Shown here: positions 1 to 9,633 of the stretch, one piece after another | How the letters are laid out: each line of letters opens with the position of its first letter | How positions within the stretch are numbered: position 1 is the first letter of the stretch | Assembly: GCA_964516435.1 (NCBI GenBank) | Contig: CAZEZP010000051.1 | Coordinates: 70,467 to 134,466, forward strand | Reading direction: 5' to 3' | DNA length: 64,000 nucleotides | Origin: an uncultured Kofleriaceae bacterium | GTDB lineage: Bacteria > Myxococcota_A > Polyangia > HGW-17 | Position numbers and translations under genes: made by a program | Notes under the pieces: generated by a model | Databases searched by the model: none | What the model saw: the letters and a program-made list of their open reading frames with translations, nothing else | What the model was told of the DNA's origin: nothing

Positions 1-890
1 ATCTCGGCGATGCTGCCCCGCACCTGGACCAGGCGCCGGAACACCGGAATGGGAATCTCCTCCGCCTGCATCCCTTGCGGCGAGAGCGAGACCAGAACGC
101 AGGACTTGCCGGGCGGTTCGGAAAAACTCATGGGCAGCACGCTGCCGCAGTAGCGGATCCGCGGATGCCCGACCACCTGGGCGCGGTGCAGGTGCCCCAG
201 CGCCACGTAATCGATTTCCGGCGAAAAAATCGAGGCGGGCACCTCGCCGAGGTTGCCCACGTACAGCGGGCGGGACCCGTCGGATTCGGCGGCCACCCGC
301 GCCCCGGCCAGATACAGGTGCGCCATGGCCACCACCGGTACGCAATCCGCCATCGCCGCCCGCAGGCGCAGGGCCGCCCCGCAGACAGCCTGCACATGGG
401 AAGCGATCCCCTGCTCGAGACGGCGTTCCTTCTCGGCTGGCGTCTCCCCGGCGTCCTGCCGGCGCACGTCGCGATCCCGAAGAAACGGGATGGCGCACAC
501 GAGCGCCTCGGGCTTCCCGTCCACACCCCGCAGGCAGATCACCTCGTCTTCGGGGTTTTCCCGGGCCTGTCCCACCACGTGCACGGAAAGCAGGCGCAGC
601 ACCTCGGCCGGCGCATCGAGAAACGTGGGCGAATCGTGGTTGCCTGCCGTGATCACCACGTGGCGGCAGCCGGTCTCGCGCACCCGCCGCAGAAAGTCAT
701 AGTAGAGCTTCTGCGTCTGCGGTCCGGGAACGGAAGTATCGAACACGTCCCCGCACACCAGCAGCGCATCCACCCTGCGTTCCCCCAGCACCTGCAGCAG
801 CCATTCGAAAAACGCTGCGAACTCGTCGTGCCTGCGGGCGTTGTACAGCGTATGTCCCAAATGCCAGTCCGAGGTATGGAGGAAAATCAT
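1..890 (-). CDS. sbcD: Nuclease SbcCD subunit D (Mre11-like calcineurin phosphoesterase). N-terminal part only; the gene continues beyond the window start.
   Basis: Reverse-strand translation from the ATG at 890–888 gives MIFLHTSDWHLGHTLYNARRHDEFAAFFEWLL…VCGDVFDT…TAGNHDS…GHLH. This matches the SbcD N-terminus, including the metallophosphoesterase motifs DxH, GDxxD, GNHD and GHxH. It is absent from the ORF track because there is no in-window stop. Confidence 0.8.
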   Translation of the reverse strand, partial: MIFLHTSDWHLGHTLYNARRHDEFAAFFEWLLQVLGERRVDALLVCGDVFDTSVPGPQTQKLYYDFLRRVRETGCRHVVITAGNHDSPTFLDAPAEVLRLLSVHVVGQARENPEDEVICLRGVDGKPEALVCAIPFLRDRDVRRQDAGETPAEKERRLEQGIASHVQAVCGAALRLRAAMADCVPVVAMAHLYLAGARVAAESDGSRPLYVGNLGEVPASIFSPEIDYVALGHLHRAQVVGHPRIRYCGSVLPMSFSEPPGKSCVLVSLSPQGMQAEEIPIPVFRRLVQVRGSIAE

Positions 891-1183
891 GCCGCATCCC
901 TTTCCTGCTGCACGGCAAAAGCCGGCGAAAGTGCCATGCAAACAAAAATGTAGGATGAACACAAGGGTTCCGGCAATACGCCGGAATGCATTTCCCGGAC
1001 GCATGCGAAAACCATTTCTGACAGGTCGAGACGCCCGCCGGCGAAAAACATGAAACCGATTTTCACTTCCCCGAAACCGGTTGACTTCTGCGAAAACGTG
1101 TCCTTGTATGCTTTCGTTCTGCTTTGCCGGCTCTTCGGAAAAAAGAGCAGCGACGCCGATTTCGCCGGCATCGGGAGGTTCGC

Positions 1184-2263
1184 ATGCCGAAAGGACGCCA
1201 CGCAAGGAATGCAAGACGCCAAAGCTCCAAGACCGGGCTATCACCCGGAACGCCGGTGTTCATCGGCGAGCGCAGGATGGAAAGGGCCCGCATCGACATC
1301 ATCGACTATGGTCCGGACCATTGCAGCGAACTGCCGGATGCGACCCTCGAACAGTGCATGGAACGGGCCCGGGCGGAAACGGTCACCTGGATCAACATCA
1401 CCGGCATCCACGATTCCGGGATGATCGAGGCCATCGGCAGGCATTTCTCGCTGCATCCCCTCACCATCGAGGACATCGTCAACACAGGCCAGCGGCCCAA
1501 GGCGGAAGCATTCCCAAACTATATATTTATCGCTCTGAAGATGATCACGCGCGAGGAAGCCTCTGGCACCATCGGCGTCGAGCACGTGAGCCTCGTTTTG
1601 GGCGATCATTACGTCCTGTCCTTCCAGGAAGCCGATGGCGACGTCTTCACCCCGGTGCGGGAACGGATCCGCACGGCCAAGGGGCGGATCCGGGGCATGA
1701 AATCGGATTATCTCGTCTACACGCTCATGGACGCCATCGTGGACCATTATTTTTTATCTATCGAGCACATCGGCGACTGCATCGAGGACATCGACGACCG
1801 GTTGCTCGCCGGCCCGAGCCCGGGCGATCTTCGGGCCATCCACCGGCTCAAGCGCGACCTTCTGGCGCTGCGCAAGGCCGTCTGGCCGCTGCGTGATGCC
1901 ATCGGCGGCCTGGAAAAGGGGGATTTCCCACTGATTCAACCGGAAACCCGCATTTTTTTGCGCGACCTCTACGACCATACCATCCAGGCCATCGACATGG
2001 TGGAGACGTTTCGGGATCTCCTGGCCGGCGTGCACGACACGTACCTGTCGACCGTGAGCAACCGCATGAACGAGGTCATGAAGGTGCTCACGATCATTTC
2101 CACCCTCTTCATTCCCCTGACCTTCATCGCCGGCGTCTACGGCATGAATTTCGAGCACATGCCCGAATTGAAGTGGCCATGGGGCTACTATGCCGTCTTG
2201 GCCGTCATGGGACTGGTCGCAGCAGGGATGATCGCCTTCTTCCGGCGCCGGAAATGGATCTGA
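1184..2263 (+). CDS. corA: CorA-family Mg2+/Co2+ transporter.
   Basis: The ORF 1124–2263 has an ATG at 1184 preceded by GGGAGG. A YGMNF (GMN) motif sits in the penultimate TM helix, followed by two C-terminal TM helices and a basic tail (FFRRRKWI). Confidence 0.85.
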   Translation: MPKGRHARNARRQSSKTGLSPGTPVFIGERRMERARIDIIDYGPDHCSELPDATLEQCMERARAETVTWINITGIHDSGMIEAIGRHFSLHPLTIEDIVNTGQRPKAEAFPNYIFIALKMITREEASGTIGVEHVSLVLGDHYVLSFQEADGDVFTPVRERIRTAKGRIRGMKSDYLVYTLMDAIVDHYFLSIEHIGDCIEDIDDRLLAGPSPGDLRAIHRLKRDLLALRKAVWPLRDAIGGLEKGDFPLIQPETRIFLRDLYDHTIQAIDMVETFRDLLAGVHDTYLSTVSNRMNEVMKVLTIISTLFIPLTFIAGVYGMNFEHMPELKWPWGYYAVLAVMGLVAAGMIAFFRRRKWI

Positions 2264-2355
2264 AACCCGCTCCGGAACCCTTTCCCGGAGCACGTCCCCG
2301 GAAAAGAGCCCAAAAATCCTTTCTCTTCCCCGTTCGAACCGGCAGGGCGAACCCT

Positions 2356-4698
2356 TCAGCCGACCGAACCTTTCCGTTCCACGAAACAGACGGCATCGCC
2401 CCGACGCTCGAGCACCGCGCAGAAGTCGGCGCTGCCTGAAAGCCAGCCCGTGTGGTCGGTGGTGATGAGGGTGTTTCCCTCGTCGGCCAGCCGCTGGAAG
2501 AGCCGGATCAGATGCACTGCATCCTCCGGATGCAACCCGGAAGCCGGGTCGTCCAGCAAAAAGCACGCATCGCCTTTTCCCGCCAGTTGGGCCAGCAGCA
2601 TGCGCTGCATCTCGCCTCCGGAAAGGCTGCGGGAAGGCTGACCCAGTTTCAGGTAGCCCAGACCGGCCTCCACGAGCACCTGCAGACGTGGAGCGATCTC
2701 GGGAAAACGGGAAAACAGCGACAGCGCCTCCGCTACGGAGTGTTCGAGAATGTCCGCGATCGAAAAGCCACGCCAGCGGATCTCCAGCGTGGAAGCGGAA
2801 AAACGCCGCCCCTCGCAGGCGGGGCAGGTGAGCGCCACCTGGGAGACGCCGCCAGTCTCCACCAGGACTTCCCCCACTCCGCTGCACTTGAGGCAGCGTC
2901 CATCGTGGGAGCGGGACGTGGAAAACCGGGAGGCGTCGTAACCGCGCGCCCGGGCCAGAGGCAGTTGCGCATACCAGCGGCGCAAAAAGTCCCAGATGCC
3001 GCAGAGGGAAGCCACGTGGGAATGGGGCGTGCGCGGAAACGAACGCTCGTGCACGAGGTGCACCCCGCCCACGAATGCATGGGCGACACGGGCGCCATCC
3101 GGTGACACCAGCCGGTGACGGGCGGGAAACACATCCAGCAGGAAACGGGTCTTCCCCGACGCAGTGGGTCCCGTCAGCACGCTCCAGCGCCGCAGGGGAA
3201 ACCGGCCCGGCCCGAAATCCAGTCCCGCGATGGAGGCGGGCGGCGTCTCGACAAACCCCTCGGGCGCATCCCGGCGCACGGGAGGCGGGAACGCGTTTCG
3301 GCCGGCCAGCCATGCCCCCATTCGGCTTTCGGCGCAGAACGCCATTTCGGCCGGCGTTCCCTCGAACACCAGGCGCCCGCCCTGCACCCCTGCGCCGGGT
3401 CCCAGTTCCACCGCCCAGTCGCAAGCGGCCACGATGGCCGGGTCGTGCTCCACGATCACCACCGTGTTCATGCGTTCGGTCAGGCGCCGCAAAAGCGGAA
3501 GGAGCTCCCGGCGCTTTTCGGGGTCCAGACCCTGGCCCGGCTCGTCGAGCACGAATGCGACCCCCGAAAGATCCCCGGAAAGTTGTTCGGCCAGGCGTAC
3601 GAACTGGGTCTCCCCTCTGGACAGTTCGTTCATGGGATGCAGAAGGGACCTCGTCCCGAGATGGAGCTCACAGGCCAGTTGCAGGCGGCGCAGCAGCGGT
3701 GCCAGAAGGCTTTCATCCGCGGCATCGGCGGCCTGCGCCCATTTCTGGCAGTGCTGCGTGGCCTCTTCGAAAGAAAGCTCCATCCAGTCGAGCCAGGACA
3801 GGCCGTCGATCCGGTAGGCCGCCAGATCCGGAGAAAAACCGGTGCCGCGGCAGCCGGCGCAGGGTGCCCCGTCCGTGATTCGCTCTCCCTCGCAGACCGG
3901 GCACCCTCCCCCATGGGCGGGGTCGCGGGAAAACAGGCGCGGGGTTTTGCGCGGGAATTCGCGGCCACAGGCACAGCGCGGGCGCGTGGAAAAATCCAGG
4001 GGACTTCCATCCGGCTGCAGAATGCGCGCCCGACCGCCGCTCAAGCGGAAGGCTTGTTCTACGGAGGCCGCGATGCGGGCCGCGGAGCCCTCCCGCAGGA
4101 TGACGCGATCCACCACCACCTCGAAATCCGGCCCACTGGGAAAACCGCCTTCTTCCAGGTCGATTTCCGCGCCATGCACCAGCAGGCGCGTGAAGCCGGA
4201 TTCCAGGAGTTCGCCGCGCAGTTCGTCGTCCAGTTCCCGGGAAAAGGGCGCCAGGATCCTGAGCCGGGACCCCTCCGGCAGGCGCATGCACGCGGCAGCC
4301 GCATCGGCAGCGTCGGAAGCCTGCACCGGCCGGCCGCAGCCGGGACAAATCACGTCGGCCCGGTGGGCGAACCAGTAGCGCATGTGGTGCGTCACGCCCA
4401 GGGCGTCGGCGATGCCGGTGGCCTGCGCCCATGCCGGTCCCTTCTGTCCGACGGCCACGGTGGGGGAGACGTTCTCGGCCCAGCGCAGCCGCGGACGGAT
4501 CCACTTGCCGCCGAACTGCACGCGTCTGGACAGCGTTTCGACATAGCGCAACTGGCCCTCGACAAACAGGGTGTCATGCGCCAGCGAACTCTTTCCGGAA
4601 CCGGACACCCCCACCACCGCCGTGATGCGGCCCCAGGGAATTCTCACGTCGATCTCACGCAGGTTGTGGGTAGAAACGCCAAACAGCCGGATATCCAC
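2356..4698 (-). CDS. UvrA-family ABC ATPase, a short 780-aa UvrA paralog.
   Basis: MDIRLFGVSTHNLREIDVRIPWGRITAVVGVSGSGKSSLAHDTLFVEGQ matches the UvrA N-terminus and Walker A. A second ABC module (…LSGGEMQR…LLDDP) and Cys-rich zinc modules are present. It is about 160 aa shorter than canonical UvrA. Confidence 0.8.
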   Translation of the reverse strand: MDIRLFGVSTHNLREIDVRIPWGRITAVVGVSGSGKSSLAHDTLFVEGQLRYVETLSRRVQFGGKWIRPRLRWAENVSPTVAVGQKGPAWAQATGIADALGVTHHMRYWFAHRADVICPGCGRPVQASDAADAAAACMRLPEGSRLRILAPFSRELDDELRGELLESGFTRLLVHGAEIDLEEGGFPSGPDFEVVVDRVILREGSAARIAASVEQAFRLSGGRARILQPDGSPLDFSTRPRCACGREFPRKTPRLFSRDPAHGGGCPVCEGERITDGAPCAGCRGTGFSPDLAAYRIDGLSWLDWMELSFEEATQHCQKWAQAADAADESLLAPLLRRLQLACELHLGTRSLLHPMNELSRGETQFVRLAEQLSGDLSGVAFVLDEPGQGLDPEKRRELLPLLRRLTERMNTVVIVEHDPAIVAACDWAVELGPGAGVQGGRLVFEGTPAEMAFCAESRMGAWLAGRNAFPPPVRRDAPEGFVETPPASIAGLDFGPGRFPLRRWSVLTGPTASGKTRFLLDVFPARHRLVSPDGARVAHAFVGGVHLVHERSFPRTPHSHVASLCGIWDFLRRWYAQLPLARARGYDASRFSTSRSHDGRCLKCSGVGEVLVETGGVSQVALTCPACEGRRFSASTLEIRWRGFSIADILEHSVAEALSLFSRFPEIAPRLQVLVEAGLGYLKLGQPSRSLSGGEMQRMLLAQLAGKGDACFLLDDPASGLHPEDAVHLIRLFQRLADEGNTLITTDHTGWLSGSADFCAVLERRGDAVCFVERKGSVG

Positions 4699-4708
4699 GT
4701 GCGTCCTG

Positions 4709-5116
4709 CTACTTCTGCCGGCCGGCCGCCTTCTTCCCCTTCTCGGGGACCGGTTCGGCCATGATGCCGATCTGCGTGATGCCGGACTGGTTCAAACGAA
4801 CCAGCAGCGTCATGAAATCCTGAACGGTGAGCGCGCGATCGGCCCGCACGTGGGCGCGCTTGTGGCCGGCAAAATGAGTGCGCAGCACATCGGGCAGGGT
4901 TTCGAGCGTGGCCTCCACGGCCTTTTTGTCTCCCACGACCGCCCGGATACGCAGATGCTCGTCCATGGCCACCATCAAGGTCTCGGGGGAACGCGGAACG
5001 GAAGCCGCCTCGGCCTCGGGCAGCGTCAGGTCGATACCCGTCGGATCGATGGGACTCGTCACCATGAAAATGATCATCAGCACCATCATGACATCGACGA
5101 GCGGCGTCAGGTTCAT
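4709..5116 (-). CDS. ExbD/TolR-family biopolymer transport protein.
   Basis: MNLTPLVDVMMVLMIIFMV is the classic ExbD/TolR N-terminal TM signature, followed by a periplasmic domain. It lies immediately downstream of the ExbB-like gene. Confidence 0.8.
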   Translation of the reverse strand: MNLTPLVDVMMVLMIIFMVTSPIDPTGIDLTLPEAEAASVPRSPETLMVAMDEHLRIRAVVGDKKAVEATLETLPDVLRTHFAGHKRAHVRADRALTVQDFMTLLVRLNQSGITQIGIMAEPVPEKGKKAAGRQK

Positions 5117-5171
5117 CTCGGCGATGGGCGAGGACTGGGAATCGTGGGGAATGTGCACGCGCGCGCCTCCC

Positions 5172-5873
5172 TTACTGCAGGAACTTGCGGTGGGCGATGT
5201 TCTGGAAATCGTTGGCGAACGTTTCGATGTCCGCCACGTGCAAACGCACCTTGCGCAGGAAGTGGTTGTAGGCGATGGTGGCGGGAATGGCCGCGATCAG
5301 TCCCAGCGCGGTGGTCACCAGGGCGTCGACGATGCCGGGCGCCACGGTCGCCAGCGTGGTGTTGCCCAGCGAGCCGATGTTGGAAAAACTTTCCATGATG
5401 CCCCAGACGGTCCCGAACAGGCCCAGGAAGGGAGCGGTGGCGGAGATGGTGGCCAGCATCGGCAACTGGTTCTCCAGCGTAGTGATTTCCACCATGGCGG
5501 CCCGGCGCAGGGCGCGCTCGAGGTTCTGCGACGCCACGAAACTGCTGGTGGCGGCCTCCGCATCCTCCCGGGCGATGACCTTCACCAGTTCGCGGAAACC
5601 GGCGGAAAACACCTTGCCCAAGGGGGACGGAACCTGCTCGCAGTACTGATTCAACTGCTCCAGCGTCATGCCGGAACGGAACTTCTCCAGGAAATCCAGG
5701 TTGTTCCGGCGGGCGCGAAAATAGAAGATGCCCTTGTAGACGATGATGTACCAGGTGAGCACCGAGAAGGCCAGCAGGACGACGAGGTCCAGCATCACCA
5801 GCCCGCGGGCGTTGAGCACCATCTTCATGATGTCGAGCCGTTCGGCGGAAGCAGTCAGCAAAATCGGATTCAT
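5172..5873 (-). CDS. MotA/TolQ/ExbB-family proton-channel protein.
   Basis: This is the C-terminal 233 aa of the ORF 5172–7148, starting at MNPILL (ATG at 5873). Three TM helices and an …APFLGLFGTVWGIM…TTALGLIAAIP… motif are typical of TolQ/ExbB. The upstream remainder of that ORF is antisense artefact. Confidence 0.85.
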   Translation of the reverse strand: MNPILLTASAERLDIMKMVLNARGLVMLDLVVLLAFSVLTWYIIVYKGIFYFRARRNNLDFLEKFRSGMTLEQLNQYCEQVPSPLGKVFSAGFRELVKVIAREDAEAATSSFVASQNLERALRRAAMVEITTLENQLPMLATISATAPFLGLFGTVWGIMESFSNIGSLGNTTLATVAPGIVDALVTTALGLIAAIPATIAYNHFLRKVRLHVADIETFANDFQNIAHRKFLQ

Positions 5874-6116
5874 GCGTTTTCTCCCGCTCCGTGTATACGG
5901 AAAGCGGCCAGGGAGGTCAAGGCATCGCGGTTCGGTTTGGCGGAGAACCAACAACGGTTCGGGCAAACGGCTGTCCCGCACCGGGAGCCATGAATGCCGC
6001 CTCCACCGGGGAACCTGCATCGCCGGCATTCCATTTCCCGGATGTGCAAAACGACATGGCACGCTACTTGACTTGTGGCGAAGTTTCCCATATTCTCCGC
6101 AGCTGAGGTTGGATTC

Positions 6117-7037
6117 ATGCCGGAATACGCAATACGGATTATTTCGGGAAAATACCAAGGCGGCCAGTTCAGGATCAAGGACAACCGCGACATCACCATC
6201 GGGCGTTCCTCCGATGCCGAAATGGTGCTGGTTGAAGACATGGTCTCCCGCTACCATTCCCGGATTTCTTCCCGAAACGGCGTACTGAGCATCGTGGATC
6301 TCGGTTCTACCAACGGAACCTTCGTCAATGGCGAGAGGGTGGGGAAAGCGCCGGTGGAACTCAAGGAAGGGGACCGCATCCTCATCGGCACTTCCGTGCT
6401 CAAGATCATTGCGCTGGAGGAAGCCTCCGTGGAAGTCGAGGATTCCCAGGATCGGGAGAGTCCCAATTCCCGGCGCTCCACGATGTCCATCACCCGGCAC
6501 ATGTCGGGCTCCATCGATGAGATTCCCCTTCCGGATCTGCTGCAACTGTTGTCCACCTCCCGAAAATCCGGCGTGCTGGTGGTGCATTCGGCGCCGCACG
6601 AAGGCCGCATCTATCTGCGCAGCGGCAAGGTCTACTACTGCACCATCAACGACACGTTCGACCTGGAGCCCAGCAAGGCGTTCTACCGGCTCATCACCTG
6701 GAATACCGGCACGTTCGACCTCCTGCCGCCGGACGACACCGAGTTCCTCCATGAAATCAAGGAGGGTACCGAGGCCCTGCTCATGGAGGGCATGCGCATC
6801 TTCGACGAAATCAACCGGCTCAAGAAGGATTTGCCCCCCCTCGACGCCAAACTGTCCCTGGCGCCCATGATCACGAAGCCGTTGCGGGACCTGAACCCCA
6901 ACCAACTGGACGTGCTCCAGTTGGTACACAACTACGGCAAGGTCCGCACCATTCTGGACCGTTCGCCCCTGTCCGACCTGGACGTCTATGAAATCCTCCT
7001 CATGCTCAAAGAGGGGCAGTACATCGTTTTTCCGTAG
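6117..7037 (+). CDS. FHA-domain protein with a C-terminal DUF4388 (PATAN-like) domain.
   Basis: The N-terminal FHA signature is …ITIGRSSDAEMVLVEDMVSRYHSRIS…GSTNGTFVNGERV. The C-terminal IPLPDLLQLLSTSRKSGVLVV motif is typical of DUF4388. The ATG at 6117 follows an RBS-like gaggttgga. Confidence 0.7.
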   Translation: MPEYAIRIISGKYQGGQFRIKDNRDITIGRSSDAEMVLVEDMVSRYHSRISSRNGVLSIVDLGSTNGTFVNGERVGKAPVELKEGDRILIGTSVLKIIALEEASVEVEDSQDRESPNSRRSTMSITRHMSGSIDEIPLPDLLQLLSTSRKSGVLVVHSAPHEGRIYLRSGKVYYCTINDTFDLEPSKAFYRLITWNTGTFDLLPPDDTEFLHEIKEGTEALLMEGMRIFDEINRLKKDLPPLDAKLSLAPMITKPLRDLNPNQLDVLQLVHNYGKVRTILDRSPLSDLDVYEILLMLKEGQYIVFP

Positions 7038-7162
7038 GCCGCCCCATAGACACAGAAGGAAAATCAGTCGGAAATTCATTTTCCGCCAGAAAAAAATCTT
7101 GGTGCGATGCGTTTTTTGCATTATATATGAGCGCCGAAATCGTTTCATCCGGAGTGGTGTGC

Positions 7163-9046
7163 ATGCGCATATGGACGGCTTCTTTCTGCGTAATCATGGC
7201 TTTTGGCCTCGTTTCGTGCTCCTTCGATGCCTCAGGACTGGACAAAATTCCAAAAGGCTGCGGCAATGGCGTGCAGGAAGAAGGGGAAGCCTGCGACGAC
7301 CACAACCGGGATCCGGGCGACGGCTGCGATGCCGCATGCAGCGTGGAAGAGGGCTGGACCTGCAGCGCCGCCGGGTGCACCCCCGTCTGCGGAGACGGCC
7401 GCATCCTGGGAATGGAACAATGCGACGACGGCGGGCTCCTGCCGGATGACGGCTGCGACGCCGAATGCCGCGTCGAACCCGGCTGGTATTGCGAGGATGT
7501 CCCTTCCGCGTGCGAGACCCGCTGCGGCGACGGCGTGCGGGCAGGCGGGGAAGCCTGCGACGACGGCAACCTCTCCGCGCAGGATGGCTGCAGCGAACTG
7601 TGCCGCGTCGAACCCGGATTCGCCTGCGATGGAACGGCTCCCAGCACCTGCACCCCCGTGTGCGGAGACAACCTCGTGGTGGCCGGTGAGGTGTGCGACG
7701 GCGTGAACCTCGACGGCAAGACCTGCCAGTCGTTCGGCTTCTACCAGGGCATGCTCGGCTGCATGTCGGACTGCCGGCATTTCGATCAGGCCAACTGCAC
7801 GCGCACCTGCGGCGACGGCATCATCGATGCCGACTTCGGGGAAGCCTGCGACACCGATGCATTCGAGGCCGACGACACCTGCGTCTCCCAGGGCTATCCC
7901 GGAGGAACGCTGGGCTGCTCGGGCACGTGCGAACTGGACACCACGCCCTGCAACCGATGGACGGAGGTTTCCGTGGGCGAGAGCCACGCCTGCGCCCTGC
8001 GCTCGGATGCCACGGTGTGGTGCTGGGGCTACAATTTCTACGGGCAACTGGGCCAGCCATCCTCCTCCTTCATGCGCTCGGCCGTTCCCGTGCAGATTCC
8101 TTCCGGGGGCGCGACCGTGGTGACGATCGAGTCGGGATACAATCACATCTGTGCGGTCATCTCGGACAAGACCGTGTGGTGCTGGGGCGCCAACTCGTAT
8201 GGCCAACTGGGCAATGGGCAAACGCAGGGTTCCCCGACGCCCGTGCAGGTGAAACTGGATGCCGACCGCACGCTCGAGAACGTGGTCAAGGTATCCGCCG
8301 GCGAGTCGCACACCTGCGCGCTCACGGGTACCGGAGCCGTGTACTGCTGGGGTTCGAACGTTTTCGGGCAACTGGGGGACGGAACGACGACGGGCCGCCT
8401 CTACGCGACCCCACTCCCCACGCTGGCCTCGGGCGTCGTGGATCTCGCTGCGGGCCAGTCCCACACCTGCGCCGTGAAATCCGACGGAACGGCATGGTGC
8501 TGGGGCTCAAACACTTATGGCGAACTGGGAACCGAACCGCCGGCTCCGCGACACCTCCCAACATCTGTGGACTGGGGCACGACTCCTGCGCCCACCCTGG
8601 CCTCCCTGTCCTGCGGAGAGGATTTCACGTGCGTGGTTTCCAATACCGGGAATATGTTCTGTTTCGGATACAACATCTTCGGGCAGTTGGGCAACGGACA
8701 GGCGACCAGCACATTCCGGCCATCACCTGTCACGCTTCCTGACCCTGCGCGGCGCGCGGCCGCGGGCGGCAGCCATGCCTGCGCCGTCCTCCAGTCCGGA
8801 AACCTGTTCTGCTGGGGCTACAACATCGACGGGCAAGTCGGCGATGGCAGCCAGACACAGCGCAATACCCCCGTGCAGGTCTCCATCCTGGACGCCGTGG
8901 GACTGGCAGGAGCCGGAAAGCGCCACACCTGCGCCGTCCAGAATGGCCAACTCTTCTGCTGGGGGCTCAATTCTGATGGCCAGGTGGGTGACGGTTCCTA
9001 CGCGTCCCGCCACCAGCCGACGGCCGTGAGCGTCAGCGGCATGTAG
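7163..9046 (+). CDS. Secreted lipoprotein with Myxococcus cysteine-rich repeats followed by a seven-blade RCC1-repeat beta-propeller.
   Basis: It has a signal peptide and lipobox (FGLVSC). About six repeats of C(x)2GDG…E(A/Q)CDDGN…DGC…C are followed by repeated …HTCA(L/V)…G…(Y/W)CWG(S/Y)N.(F/Y)GQLG… RCC1 blades. Confidence 0.75.
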   Translation: MRIWTASFCVIMAFGLVSCSFDASGLDKIPKGCGNGVQEEGEACDDHNRDPGDGCDAACSVEEGWTCSAAGCTPVCGDGRILGMEQCDDGGLLPDDGCDAECRVEPGWYCEDVPSACETRCGDGVRAGGEACDDGNLSAQDGCSELCRVEPGFACDGTAPSTCTPVCGDNLVVAGEVCDGVNLDGKTCQSFGFYQGMLGCMSDCRHFDQANCTRTCGDGIIDADFGEACDTDAFEADDTCVSQGYPGGTLGCSGTCELDTTPCNRWTEVSVGESHACALRSDATVWCWGYNFYGQLGQPSSSFMRSAVPVQIPSGGATVVTIESGYNHICAVISDKTVWCWGANSYGQLGNGQTQGSPTPVQVKLDADRTLENVVKVSAGESHTCALTGTGAVYCWGSNVFGQLGDGTTTGRLYATPLPTLASGVVDLAAGQSHTCAVKSDGTAWCWGSNTYGELGTEPPAPRHLPTSVDWGTTPAPTLASLSCGEDFTCVVSNTGNMFCFGYNIFGQLGNGQATSTFRPSPVTLPDPARRAAAGGSHACAVLQSGNLFCWGYNIDGQVGDGSQTQRNTPVQVSILDAVGLAGAGKRHTCAVQNGQLFCWGLNSDGQVGDGSYASRHQPTAVSVSGM

Positions 9047-9135
9047 GAAACCATTTTTTTCAGGCCGCCGAACACGCAGGTATTGACATTGCCCGAAAGG
9101 CTGTGTATCGGCATGGGCCTTGGAGGTCGCACGAG

Positions 9136-9627
9136 ATGGACAATCGAAAGTATCGCATGATCGTTCGCTATGATTCCGAAACCGAGCAGTTCTGCGCCGG
9201 CGTGCCGGAACTGGATCTGATTGCGATGGCTCCCTCCCGCGAGGAAGCCATCGCAATGCTGGATCAGTCGGTGGCGGAATACCTGCAAAACAACGAAGAT
9301 GCTCCGGAACCCCGGGACACCCAGAAAATCGAGGGGAAACTGGAAGTGGAACTTTCCGCGACGCTGCGCCGTGAACTGGAATTCGTCGCCCGGCAGGAAG
9401 GCGTAAGCGTTTCCGCACTGGCCCACGAACTGCTGGCCGAGGCGGTTTCCCGCCGGATCGGCATCGGCCGGGCCCAGGGCCCGCGCGGGGGCGCCCGCCG
9501 GGATGGAAAGCCTCGGGAAGGACGCGGTGGCGTTTCCCGGGAGCGCTATCACGACATCATGGAAAACAAGGCGTCCTTCCTGGAATACGTGCGTCAACTG
9601 GAAAGCGGGCGCGCCCCCCGGAAGTGA
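9136..9627 (+). CDS. HicB-like (UPF0150) protein with a C-terminal ribbon-helix-helix-like segment.
   Basis: MIVRYDSETEQFCAGVPELDLIAMAPSREEAIAMLDQSVAEYL resembles the HicB antitoxin N-domain. No HicA-like gene is adjacent. The ATG at 9136 lies within the ORF 9103–9627. Confidence 0.5.
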   Translation: MDNRKYRMIVRYDSETEQFCAGVPELDLIAMAPSREEAIAMLDQSVAEYLQNNEDAPEPRDTQKIEGKLEVELSATLRRELEFVARQEGVSVSALAHELLAEAVSRRIGIGRAQGPRGGARRDGKPREGRGGVSRERYHDIMENKASFLEYVRQLESGRAPRK

Positions 9628-9633
9628 CCGCCG

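Noticed and set aside
75-953. 292-aa plus-strand ORF at the window start
   Set aside because: It is antisense to the well-supported sbcD coding frame. Its R/H/P-rich composition is typical of a GC-frame artefact.
1754-3424. 556-aa minus-strand ORF
   Set aside because: It overlaps corA (antisense) and the UvrA-like gene in a different frame. It is extremely Arg/Gly/Pro-rich with no motifs.
3115-4764. 549-aa plus-strand ORF
   Set aside because: It is antisense to the UvrA paralog, which has clear ABC ATPase motifs.
5874-7148. Upstream roughly 425 codons of the 658-aa ORF 5172–7148
   Set aside because: Only the C-terminal 233 aa (ExbB/TolQ) are protein-like. The upstream part is antisense to the FHA-DUF4388 gene.
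9103-9135. Upstream start of the HicB-like ORF (MYRHGPWRSHE…)
   Set aside because: The internal ATG at 9136 gives the conserved HicB N-terminus, so the longer form is unlikely.
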